NCBI GenBank assembly: GCA_963761305.1
Contig: CAVXGK010000001.1
Coordinates: 768,001 to 832,000, forward strand
Source of the DNA: an uncultured Gemmatimonadaceae bacterium
GTDB taxonomy: Bacteria; Gemmatimonadota; Gemmatimonadetes; Gemmatimonadales; Gemmatimonadaceae
Length of the DNA: 64,000 nt
Direction: 5' to 3'
Of this stretch, positions 10,243 through 19,955 are shown piece by piece. Position numbers and translations under genes: made by a program. The number at the start of each line of letters is the position of its first letter. Positions within the stretch are counted from its first letter, which is position 1. Under the pieces are notes generated by a model, which was not told the origin of the DNA, searched no databases, and saw only the letters and a list, made by a program, of their open reading frames with translations.

Positions 10243-10912
10243 CGGGTGGACGGGTGGACGCGTGGACCGGTGGAGCGGTCTCACTGCAATGGCGCTGACG
10301 ACGTTGGGCATCGCTTGCGCGGGGGGAGAGAAGGCGCCGGCGGCGGGCGACACCGCGGCGGCGGCGAAGGTGGCGGTGGACACGGGGCCGGCACCGGATT
10401 CGTTCCGCGTCGCATTCGAGACGACCCGCGGGCATTTCGTCGTGCAGGTGAATCGGGCCTGGGCGCCGCTGGGGGCGGATCGATTCTACCGACTCGTCGG
10501 ACAGCGCTTTTTCGACGGCGAGAAGTTCTTTCGCGTCGTGCCCGGATTCGTGGCGCAATTCGGATTAAACGGCGATCCCAAGGCCAACGCGCCGTGGGAT
10601 GACAAGCCGATCACCGACGACTCGGTGCGTCACACGAACGCGCGGTACACGCTGACGTTCGCCGACAAAGGGCCGAACACGCGGTCGTATCAGATGTTCC
10701 TCAACCTCAATGACAACACCCGCCTCGACCACATGGGCTTCTCGCCGATCGGGACGGTCGTCGACGGGCAAGCCGTCGTCGATTCGATTTACAGCGGCTA
10801 TGGCGATACGCCGGATCAGACGATGATTCAATCGCAGGGGAACGACTACCTCGAGCACATGTTCCCGAAACTCGACGCGATCAAGACGGCGCGGATCGTT
10901 TCGGCCAAGTGA
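10226..10912 (+). CDS. Cyclophilin-type peptidyl-prolyl isomerase, probable lipoprotein (start may be 10289)
   Basis: WAPLGADRF, FFRVVPGFVAQFG and GFSPIG motifs; lipobox-like GIAC. Confidence 0.88.
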   Translation: MAGRNSGWTGGRVDRWSGLTAMALTTLGIACAGGEKAPAAGDTAAAAKVAVDTGPAPDSFRVAFETTRGHFVVQVNRAWAPLGADRFYRLVGQRFFDGEKFFRVVPGFVAQFGLNGDPKANAPWDDKPITDDSVRHTNARYTLTFADKGPNTRSYQMFLNLNDNTRLDHMGFSPIGTVVDGQAVVDSIYSGYGDTPDQTMIQSQGNDYLEHMFPKLDAIKTARIVSAK

Positions 10913-11826
10913 TCGGGCGAGCGGCGACGCTGGCTCTCGCCCTCGCGTCGCCGCTTTCCGCACAAAGCACCGACGCGCCGCTTTCGCTCGAGGGGCATCT
11001 CCGCGTCGGCGGGCGCGACCGACGGTATCTCGTCGATCTGCCGCCACGGTACACCTCGCGCGGACCGCTGCCGCTCGTGCTCAACTTTCACGGCGGCGGC
11101 GGATCGCCGAGCGGCGCACGAACACAGAGCGGATTCTCAACGCTCGGCGCACGGGTCGGCGCGATCGTCGTCTATCCCGCCGGCAGCGGCCGATTCAGCG
11201 ACGAGCGTCTGCTCACCTGGAACACCGGCAGCTGCTGCGCCTACGCGCAGTCGTCGAACATCGATGAAGCCGCGTTCGTCCGCGCGTTGCTCGACACGCT
11301 GCAACGCACATACTCAGTCGATCCGAACCGGATCTTCGCGACCGGTCTCTCGAACGGCGGGATGATGGCGTACCTCGTCGGCTGCCGTCTCGCCGACCGC
11401 ATCGCGGCGATCGCCGTCATCTCGGGCGAGCTGTCGATGGAGTGCAATCCGTCGCGACCGGTGTCCGTCCTCATCATCCACGGCACGGCCGACGAGAATC
11501 TTCCGTACAACGGCGGCGTCGGCGCGAAAGCGCTCGACAAGCACGAGGTGCGGCCCGTGTCGTACGCGGTCGATTCGTGGAAGCGCTTCGACCGTTGCCC
11601 CGACACGCCGGCGACGACGACGCAAGGTGTCGTGACACGCAGCGTGTGGTCGCCGTGCGCCGACGGGACGTCGCTCGAGCTGTACAAGATCGAAGGCGGC
11701 GGTCACGCGTGGCCCGGCGGCCAGCGCATGATGCGGATCCTCGACGCGCCGAGCAACGCACTCGACGCGACACAAGTCGCGTGGAACTTCTTCGCGACGC
11801 ACGCCCGAGCCGCGACCGCGCGCTGA
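10909..11826 (+). CDS. PHB depolymerase/LpqP-like alpha/beta esterase, secreted
   Basis: LNFHGGGG, WNTGSCC, GLSNGG, HGTAD and GGHAWPG motifs. Confidence 0.85.
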   Translation: MIGRAATLALALASPLSAQSTDAPLSLEGHLRVGGRDRRYLVDLPPRYTSRGPLPLVLNFHGGGGSPSGARTQSGFSTLGARVGAIVVYPAGSGRFSDERLLTWNTGSCCAYAQSSNIDEAAFVRALLDTLQRTYSVDPNRIFATGLSNGGMMAYLVGCRLADRIAAIAVISGELSMECNPSRPVSVLIIHGTADENLPYNGGVGAKALDKHEVRPVSYAVDSWKRFDRCPDTPATTTQGVVTRSVWSPCADGTSLELYKIEGGGHAWPGGQRMMRILDAPSNALDATQVAWNFFATHARAATAR

Positions 11827-11838
11827 GCCGAACGAACG

Positions 11839-14800
11839 TCAGCCGACAACGATCGGCGTCGCCATCTCCCGGTATCGGCAAAGCGCGTTCGCGAGCTGCA
11901 TCTGGCGTGGTGTTCGACACTCCGCTTCGTACATGCGCGGCGAAGCCACGAGGACTGCGAGACAGCGCGCCCGCGACGTCGCGACGTTCAGACGATTCAG
12001 GCTGAACAGGAACTCCATGCCTCGCGGCGCCTCCTCCGGCCGCGACGTCGCCATCGAGTACACGACGACGGGGGCCTCCTGCCCCTGGAACTTGTCCACC
12101 GTCCCGACGCGCACCGACGGATCGACGTCGGCGAGTCGCTCGAGCAGCCGATTGACGTGCGCGTTGTACGGCGCGACCACGAGTACGTGCGTGCCGTCGA
12201 GCGGCCGAACCTGCCCGTGTTCGTCGGTCCAACTGTTCCCCGGTGCGAGGAGCATACCGACGAGCGTCGCGACAGCCTCGACCTCCTCGGGCGAATGATT
12301 GCGATTTCCGTCATGCGGAACGTCGAGCACGGACAGGCCGACGGGCGGCACGCCGACGGCGACGGAGAGCCGCTGACGCTCCAAGCCTCGCAACGGACCG
12401 AGCCGGCCGTCGTAAAAAACCTCCGATGTGAACTCACAGATGCTCGGCGCCAGGCGGCGCGTGACCTCGAGGAAGATGCCGCGCTCTTTGGGCATCGTGT
12501 GCTCATCGCCGAGGACGTGCTCGAGCGCCGACACATCCACGCCGTCGGGATGGCTTCCCTTGCGTGGTTGTTCCAGTTGCTGCGGATCGCCCAACAGAAC
12601 GAGGCTTCGCGCGGCCTGTGACACGGCGACGGCGTTGGCCAGCGACATCTGGCCCGCTTCGTCGACGACCAGCACGTCCACGGCGCTCATCAGGTCTTGG
12701 CGAGCCCACAACCAAGCGGTTCCACCGACTACCGAGACCTCGCGATTGACGAGCGCATCGCGCGCCGCCTCCGACTTCGCGAATCGTGTGACGCCCGCAT
12801 CGGAGTCGGCCGGCGCGTCGTCGTCCTCATCGTCGTCGCCGACGCGATGGCCGAGCGTTGCGGTCGTGCCGATGCGACGCGCCGCGTCGGCGACTGCATC
12901 GAGCAGATGGCGAATCACCTTGTGGCTCGTTGCTGTCACACCGACGCGCTTGCCGCGCTCGACGAGCCGGCAAATCAACTCGGCCGCGAGATACGTTTTG
13001 CCCGCGCCCGGCGGCCCCTGAATCGCGAGAACCGTCTCGTCGACCTGGTCGGCAAGGCGCGATGCGAGGTCGCCTGTCAGGTCGATCTGTTCCATCCTGA
13101 GCGCGGGGTCGCGGAATCGCGGCAGCTCGCGACCGAGGAGCGCGCGCGCCGTGGTGAATCCGGTCGCACCCAACGCAAACGCTTCGCCGATGCGCAGCAT
13201 CGCCTCGCCCTGCACCTTCGCCGGAACGTTCGTGAACTCGAACATGGCCGTCGGATGCGTCTCGGCGCGGCTCGGGCCCTTCCTGACGTCGATGGTCCGC
13301 GCTTTCCGATCCACCGCGACGACCTTTCCGAAAGGCTTCTTGTCCTGCAACGACACGCCGTCGCGAGCCTCGATCTCCATTTCCTGCGCGGGATATCGAT
13401 ACCGATCGACCACTGACCCGGTCGGTCGCCCCTTCTTGCTCACGATGCGGCGGATGCGCTCCACGAATTCGAGCCCGGCGACCGCGGCGCGCTCGTCGAT
13501 CAGGTCCTCCTCCGGCATCTCGACCAGCCGGAAGAATTCCCACCAGACGACGTTGTCCTCACGACGGTGATAGTCGAGCATGTAGGCGAGGAGCCAGCGC
13601 GCTTGCTGTGCGTCGTCTCGGTCGCCGCGCAGCTCCGGGAGTCCGGCGAGCAGGCGGCCGCGCAATTCCTCGACGCGCACGGCCCGTTCGTCGATGTCGG
13701 GCGGTGCGTAGCCGGGATCGGGAGTCGGGCGCGCGATCGACGCGCCGCCGGCGATCGCTGCCGTTCGCAACGTCTCCAGCCAATCCCGCAGCGCGCGCGT
13801 CGAGACGCAATCGTCGCGGTTGTAACCGACGATCGCCGCGCGCACATCATTCGGGACTGCGTCGGGAACGCCGGCGCCCAGCGCGTACTGAAGCGCGCGA
13901 AGAGCCCTGTTCGCGTCCTCGAGCGGCACGCCACGCGTGAAGTCGTACAGCGGCTCGAGACTCTTGATCGAATACCGCTCGACGCCGACGCGCATCGATT
14001 GGCGAACGACGGCGTACAAGTCGACGAATCGGCGCGCCCGCAGCAGTTCGTCGAGCTCCCGCTGCCGAGTCACGTATCGGCCCATGAGTCGCTTGAACGC
14101 CGACGGCTCGTAGGGAGCGTAGTGGTAGACGTGCATGTCCGGGTACGCGCGAATCCGCTCGACGATCAGATCCATCGCCCACTCGAACGCGCGGCGCTCG
14201 TCGGCATCGGTGAAGGCCCAGCGTTCGTGGTAGTCGCCGTCGGCCGTCGCGACGCCGAACAAATACTCGCGACCATGGTCGGCGAGCATCGGGTCGCCTT
14301 CGAGGTCGAGGAACAGGTCTCCCGGCGTCGGCGCAGGAAGACGCGCAAGCCCAAACCCGTCTTCGATCTCGAGCATCTCGTACTTCGGCACCGCCGCGTC
14401 CCTCGACGACAACTGCAGGCGCGCTTGATCGCGAACTCTCTCGTACGACTCGACCGAACCGCGACGCGGACTGAACCCGATCTTCACAGGCAAGCCGGCG
14501 AGCTGCGTCAACGTCTCTACCGATCGCGCCTCCAGCTCCTGGCGCTGCGCGCGCGAAATCCCGGAAACGAGCGACAGATGGTCGTCGCCGCGTCGCTTCG
14601 CGGCGCACGTCGGGATCCAGCGGCACGCGCCGCACATGTCCACCGGCTCGGGATAATACTCGTCGGCGAGGCGATCGTCGCCGAGCGACATCGCCGCTCC
14701 CATCTGGCGACGCACGAGCCTGAAGTACGCGGCGTAGTCGGCGAAACGGTACTGCTGGCGCGGCGTCTCGGCGTCCGGCGTGATGACGTGGAAATGCTCC

Positions 14801-15288
14801 GGCCTCGCTCCTTGCACCGACGCCAGAAGCTCTGAGTAGAGGCAGAGCTGGAGAATCGTCCCCGCCTTCGTCTCGCGCGCGAGCTTCGTGTCGTACACCT
14901 CGTACGACCAGGTACCGAGGCCGCTGTTGGTCGGCACGCGCCGCATCACGTCGGGTCTGCCGTTCCATTCGCCGTGGCGCAGGCCACCCTGCCCGATGAC
15001 GTCCGCGCCCTGGCGCATGGCCTGTAGCGTCGTCGCGACGCGTTCGTCCTCGTGAACGGTCTGCGGGATGTCGACGACGGTCGCCGCTCCGGCGCTCAAC
15101 GAATCGACGAACTGCCGCTCGTGCTCGAGGCCGCGCCGGATCAACAGATCCAGCAGCGGATCCTCGTATTTGACGACCTTGCGCTTCCCAAACGCGAACC
15201 CCATGTCGAGCGCCGTGCGATGGCGGCAGCCGAGGAAGTTCGAGAGGTCGGTCGCGTAGAGCGTGAATTCGCGGTCGCGGAGGTGCAC
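11839..15288 (-). CDS. TM0106-family RecB-like nuclease + RNase H-like domain + DNA2/NAM7-type SF1 helicase
   Basis: N-terminal ATDLSNFLGCRH, GRPD...YDTK and QLCLY. Middle LFLDLEGD and YNRDD. Helicase QGPPGAGKT, VDEAGQ, GDPQQL, TVDKFQGQE and NRLNVATSRA. Confidence 0.92.
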   Translation of the reverse strand: MHLRDREFTLYATDLSNFLGCRHRTALDMGFAFGKRKVVKYEDPLLDLLIRRGLEHERQFVDSLSAGAATVVDIPQTVHEDERVATTLQAMRQGADVIGQGGLRHGEWNGRPDVMRRVPTNSGLGTWSYEVYDTKLARETKAGTILQLCLYSELLASVQGARPEHFHVITPDAETPRQQYRFADYAAYFRLVRRQMGAAMSLGDDRLADEYYPEPVDMCGACRWIPTCAAKRRGDDHLSLVSGISRAQRQELEARSVETLTQLAGLPVKIGFSPRRGSVESYERVRDQARLQLSSRDAAVPKYEMLEIEDGFGLARLPAPTPGDLFLDLEGDPMLADHGREYLFGVATADGDYHERWAFTDADERRAFEWAMDLIVERIRAYPDMHVYHYAPYEPSAFKRLMGRYVTRQRELDELLRARRFVDLYAVVRQSMRVGVERYSIKSLEPLYDFTRGVPLEDANRALRALQYALGAGVPDAVPNDVRAAIVGYNRDDCVSTRALRDWLETLRTAAIAGGASIARPTPDPGYAPPDIDERAVRVEELRGRLLAGLPELRGDRDDAQQARWLLAYMLDYHRREDNVVWWEFFRLVEMPEEDLIDERAAVAGLEFVERIRRIVSKKGRPTGSVVDRYRYPAQEMEIEARDGVSLQDKKPFGKVVAVDRKARTIDVRKGPSRAETHPTAMFEFTNVPAKVQGEAMLRIGEAFALGATGFTTARALLGRELPRFRDPALRMEQIDLTGDLASRLADQVDETVLAIQGPPGAGKTYLAAELICRLVERGKRVGVTATSHKVIRHLLDAVADAARRIGTTATLGHRVGDDDEDDDAPADSDAGVTRFAKSEAARDALVNREVSVVGGTAWLWARQDLMSAVDVLVVDEAGQMSLANAVAVSQAARSLVLLGDPQQLEQPRKGSHPDGVDVSALEHVLGDEHTMPKERGIFLEVTRRLAPSICEFTSEVFYDGRLGPLRGLERQRLSVAVGVPPVGLSVLDVPHDGNRNHSPEEVEAVATLVGMLLAPGNSWTDEHGQVRPLDGTHVLVVAPYNAHVNRLLERLADVDPSVRVGTVDKFQGQEAPVVVYSMATSRPEEAPRGMEFLFSLNRLNVATSRARCLAVLVASPRMYEAECRTPRQMQLANALCRYREMATPIVVG

Positions 15289-15311
15289 GGCCGGCTATCG
15301 GGTCGTTCGAA

Positions 15312-16028
15312 TCACGGCGCGGGCGCCTTCTCGAACGCCTCGACGAACGCGTCGACCGCCGGCGGTCCGGACCCGATGCCTTCGTCGTGCTTGAAGTACA
15401 CGTAGGCGTCGCTCCACGGCTGCGACGCGATTCGCTTGCTCCACTCGTCGAGCATCACGGCATCGTAGTCGAGACGGTGCAGTCGCACGTAGCCCCATGT
15501 AGCGGTCGTCACGACAGGCGACGCGAAGTCGGGCTGCTCGGTGACGCACATCGGGATGTCGCGCTCGCGAAGCACGGCGTAGACGTCGTCGACGAACCAG
15601 CTCTCGTGCCGAAACTCGACCGTGTATTTGCGATCGGAGGGCAGCGTGGCGATGAAGGCGCGCAGTCGCGCGACGTCGACCTTCAGGTTCGGCGGCAGCT
15701 GAAACAGGATCGGCCCGAGCCGCGAGCCAAGCGCCGATGTGTTCTTGAGCAGAAACTCGACGGCGCTCGACGCGTCCGGCTTGAGCCGCGCGAAGTGGGT
15801 GATGCGCTGGCTCGCCTTGATCGCGAACGTGAACGCATCCGGCACCCGCGACGCCCAGTCCAGCAGCACGTGCTCGCGCGGCAGCCGGTAGAACGTGTTG
15901 TTGATCTCGACGCTCGGAAACCGCCCGGCGTAGAAGGCGAGCATGGCGTCGTCCTTGAGATCATCCGGATAGAACGGTCCTTTCCACTCCTTGAAAGCGA
16001 ATCCGCTCGTTCCGGCGAGCAGCTTCAT
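15312..16028 (-). CDS. DUF72 (YecE-like) protein
   Basis: MKLLAGTSGF..W.GPFYP, VEINNTFYR, LFQLPP, EFRHESW and YVRLH. ATG overlaps the Ku stop codon. Confidence 0.9.
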   Translation of the reverse strand: MKLLAGTSGFAFKEWKGPFYPDDLKDDAMLAFYAGRFPSVEINNTFYRLPREHVLLDWASRVPDAFTFAIKASQRITHFARLKPDASSAVEFLLKNTSALGSRLGPILFQLPPNLKVDVARLRAFIATLPSDRKYTVEFRHESWFVDDVYAVLRERDIPMCVTEQPDFASPVVTTATWGYVRLHRLDYDAVMLDEWSKRIASQPWSDAYVYFKHDEGIGSGPPAVDAFVEAFEKAPAP

Positions 16029-16868
16029 GCCGACTTGGCCCTGCGGCTCTTGTGAGGCTTGTGCTCCTCTTCGTCGTCGGCCTTGTGCGCCGCCTTGGAC
16101 TCGCTGAGACTCTGTTTCAGCGCCTCCATGAGGTCGATGATTTTGCCGCCGCGCTCCGCCGGCGCTTCCTCGGTGATCTCCTGGCCTTCGACCTTCGCCT
16201 GGATCGCCTCGAGCATGCCGTTCGCGCACCGTGTCCTTGTACTTCTCGGGGTCGAAAGCGTCGCTCGCCGATTGCTCGATCAACTGCTTGGCCAGTGAGA
16301 GCTCGGCCGGCTTCACCTCGCCCTCGGGGACCTCGACTTCGGTCGTCGGCCGCACCTCGTCGGCGTAGTGCAGTTGCTCCATGACGATCACGCCGTTGAG
16401 CGGACGGAGAAGCACGAGGTGCTGCTGGCCTCGAGCCGCATATTGCCCCAGCGCGGCGCGGCCCGTTTCGTCCAGTGCCGCGGCGAGCAGCCGGTAGGCG
16501 CGGTCGCCGCCCTTGTCGGGGCCGAGGTAGTAGGTCTTTTCCACGAACTCGCGGTCGACTTTCGCCAGCGGCACGAACTCGATGATGTCGATCGTCTCGG
16601 TGGCCTTTTCCTCGAGCGCCTTGAGCTCTTCCGGCGTGAGAACCACGTAGTGGTCCTTGGAGAATTCGTAGCCTTTGACCGTCTGGTCGCGCGTCACGAT
16701 CTCGCCGTCTTTCGGGCAGATGTATTGCTGCTTGAGACGCGTGCCGCACTTTTTGTGCAGCATGTTGAACGAGATGTTGGCCTTCGACTCGGCTGACGAG
16801 TACAGGTTCACGGGCACTGAGACGAGACCGAACGAGATAGTGGCCGTGCCGATGGAGCGTGCGGGCAT
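16025..16868 (-). CDS. ku: NHEJ DNA end-binding protein Ku (one apparent 1-bp insertion at ~16217)
   Basis: MPARSIGTATISFGLVSVPV, VKGYE and AYRLL motifs. The C-terminus (MLEAIQAK...IIDLMEALKQS) continues in another frame after CGG-C-ATG. Confidence 0.9.
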
Positions 16869-17007
16869 AGGATTCGGGGAAAGGGCCTGAGGTGGTCGAG
16901 GACGTTGGTCGAGATCGTGCATCGACGCAAGAGCGCGCCAAGGGGGCCCCGGCTGGCCGCGCCCGGCGTCAGTCCGTAGGTTCACCGCCGAACCGAAAAG
17001 TCCCCCC

Positions 17008-19626
17008 GTGACGGCAAGTAGCGACGACGAACGTCAGGTAGACAACCTCAGCGCATACCGTGCCAAGCGGTCGCCGGACACGTCGCCCGAACCGATGGGC
17101 ACCGTGTCGCCTGTTCCCGGGCCGCCTGTTCGTCGTCCACAAGCACGCCGCGCGTCAGCTGCACTTCGATCTGCGCCTCGAGATGGACGGCGTGCTGCGA
17201 TCGTGGGCGGTGCCCAAAGGGCCCGTCGTACGACACGAACGACAAGCGCCTCGCCGTGAAGGTCGAGGATCACCCGCTCGAGTACGGCGACTTCGAGGGC
17301 GTGATTCCGGAGGGCAACTACGGCGCGGGCGGCGTGATCGTGTGGGATCGCGGCGAGTGGATTCCACTCGAGGATTGGCGCGAGGGCCTGTCGAAGGGAA
17401 AGCTCCTCTTCGAGCTGCGCGGCTACAAGCTTCACGGCAACTGGACGCTCGTGAAGATCAAGAAGAGCGAGCGCGACTGGCTCCTGATCAAGGAGCGCGA
17501 CTCGTGGACGTCAAGTCGCCGGGCGATCAGTTCGACGGAGACGTCGGTCCTCTCCGGGCTGACGGTGGACGAAGTGAAGCGCGGACGCAGCCCGGTGGCC
17601 GATCTGCGCACAGGCTGCTCGAGGCGGTGAAAGCCCCGCGCCAACGCGTCGATCCAAAGACCGTCGAAGCCGATGCTCGCCGAGCCCACCGAGCAGGCGT
17701 TCACGCGCGACGGTTGGCTGTTCGAGCTCAAGCTCGACGGCTATCGGCTCATCGCCAGCAAATCGCGCGGCAAGTCGATGCTCGCTCACGCGGAACGGCA
17801 ACGACTACACCGCGGTCTTTCCCGAAGATCGCGCGCGCCGTCGACGCGCTGCCGTTCGACGAGATCATCGTCGACGGCGAGGTCGTCGTGCCTCGACGAC
17901 GCGGGAAAGCCGAGCTTCGCGCGGCTGCAGCAACGCGGGACGCTGCACGATCCCGCTCGAGATCAAGCGCGCCGCGGTGGAGCTGCCGGCCACGTTCTTC
18001 GCGTTCGACTTTCTCGCCTTCGAGGATTTCGACCTGCGGCCGCTGCCGCTCACGGACCGCAAAGAACTGCTGCTCGCAGCCTTCCCGAAACTCGGCGCGA
18101 TGCGCCCGCTCGATCACATCGAGCGCGAGGGCGAAGCGATTCCTCGCGCAGGTCGAGCGCGATGGGGCTCGAGGGCATCATCGCGAAGCGCGCGGACGCG
18201 AACTATCGCGGCGGGCGCAGCGATCAATGGCTCAAGATCAAGGCGGAGCAAACGCGGCGACTTCGTCATCGTCGGGTTCACGAGTCCCAAAGGCAGCGCG
18301 AGCCAACTTCGGCGCGCTGCAGCTCGCCGACATGGTCGGATGGGACGCTCGTCTACGCCGGACGCGTCGGCACTGGATTCAACGACGCCTTGCTCGGCGA
18401 GCTCGGATGCGATGTTCGAGTCCGATCGATGCGCGGGAAGCGCCGGCGTGCGGACCGCCCGTCGGCCCGGACGGCGCCAAGGCCCCGGTCATTCCGGAAA
18501 CGAAGACGACTACGTGGGTCGAGCCGGTCAACGTGTGCGAGGTGCGGTTCCGCGAATGGACGCCGGACGGCGTGCTGCGGCACGCGGCGTTCCTGCAGCA
18601 TGCGCTACGACAAGGATCCGCGCGAGTGCGATCCGCCAGGGCGAGCCACGGCCCTGCACCGGAGACGCGATGCCATGCGAACCCGCGTCAGGAAAGAGGA
18701 GCCGCCCGCGCCGCGCGAAGCGCCGCCCGAGGAAAAGACCTTCACTTTTCCAACCTGAAGAAGGTGTACTGGCCGGCGGATCGTTACACCAAGGGCGATC
18801 TCATCGACTACTACCGCGCGATCTCGCCGTGGATGCTGCCGTATCTGCGCGGCCGCCCGCTGGTGATGACGCGCTTCCCCGACGGCATCGACGGCAAGTC
18901 AGTTCTATCAGAAGGACGCGCCCGAGTTCGCTCCGTCGTGGATCGAGACGATTCCGATCTGGAGCGAAGACACACAGCGCGACATTCGATACTTCGTCTG
19001 CCAACGACGTCGAGTCGCTGCTCTACGTCGCGAACCTCGGCTCGATCCCGATTCACATCTGGGCCAGCCGCGTCGGGTCCCTGGAGCAGCCGGACTGGTG
19101 CGTGATCGATCTCGATCCGAAGGAAGCACCCTTCTCCGACGTGATCAAATGCGCCGTCGTCTTCCGCGCGCTGACCGACGTCATCGGCCTGCCGAGCTAC
19201 ATCAAGACGACCGGCAAGACGGGACTGCATATCATGATTCCGCTCGGCCGGCAGCTCACGTATGCGCAGTGCCGCACGATGGGCGAGCTGTTGGCGCGCG
19301 TGGCGCTGCGCGAGCTCGATCCGATCGCGACGATCACACGCCACGTGAGCAAGCGAGGCGACAAGGTTTATCTGGATTACCTGCAGAATCGCCACGGCCA
19401 GTTGATCGTGTCGCCGTTCTGCGTCAGGCCGCTGCCGGGCGCGACGGTGTCGATGCCGCTCCTCTGGAACGAGGTCAACAAGGACCTCGACCCGAAGGAC
19501 TTCACGATCAAGAACGCGGTCGAGCGGATGGAGAGACTGGGAAGCGATCCGCTGCTGCCGGTGCTCGACGACAAGCCCGACCTGGGCAAGGTGCTCGAGA
19601 AGCTTGGCGGGATGCTCGAGCCGTAG
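17008..19626 (+). CDS. ligD: NHEJ DNA ligase D (phosphoesterase-ligase-polymerase order) broken by many 1-bp frameshifts
   Basis: Fragments lie in different frames: [83 protein letters not shown] and YLDYLQN. Confidence 0.88.
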
Positions 19627-19691
19627 AAGGAAATCGCCAGTCGTAGGGGCGTTTTGGTCTCGGGCGGCGCGAGCGGGATATCCAGGGGAAC

Positions 19692-19815
19692 ACTGAAACA
19701 AACGGATTGAACGGAACCAAACGGATCAAGAACTAGTGGACCTGCGAAAGCGCGTTCGTTTGCAGTTCCATCAAAGCCCCAATCTGTTTTGTCAGTTCAA
19801 TCCGTTGGTGTCAGT
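19692..19815. repeat. Imperfect intergenic palindrome with AACGGA-type internal repeats and a nested hairpin
   Basis: Left arm actgaaacaaacggattgaacggaaccaaacggat versus reverse complement of right arm actgacaccaacggattgaactgacaaaacagat. Inner stem tggacctgcgaa...tttgcagttcca. Confidence 0.7.
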
Positions 19816-19955
19816 TTCTCCCGCGGCTCTTCGCCGGGCGCGAGGCGGGTTCCCGTCGAAAAACGCCGGCCTCACTCGGCTGCGCTACGCGGCTCCTTGA
19901 CGCTCCGTGACCCGGGCACGATTGTAAGCACGGACCCCCACCAGGAGTCGTCACC

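Noticed and set aside
15312..16985. Ku-DUF72 fusion protein (557-aa ORF)
   Set aside because: It is produced by a single extra base at ~16217. The real Ku C-terminus is in another frame and stops over the DUF72 ATG.
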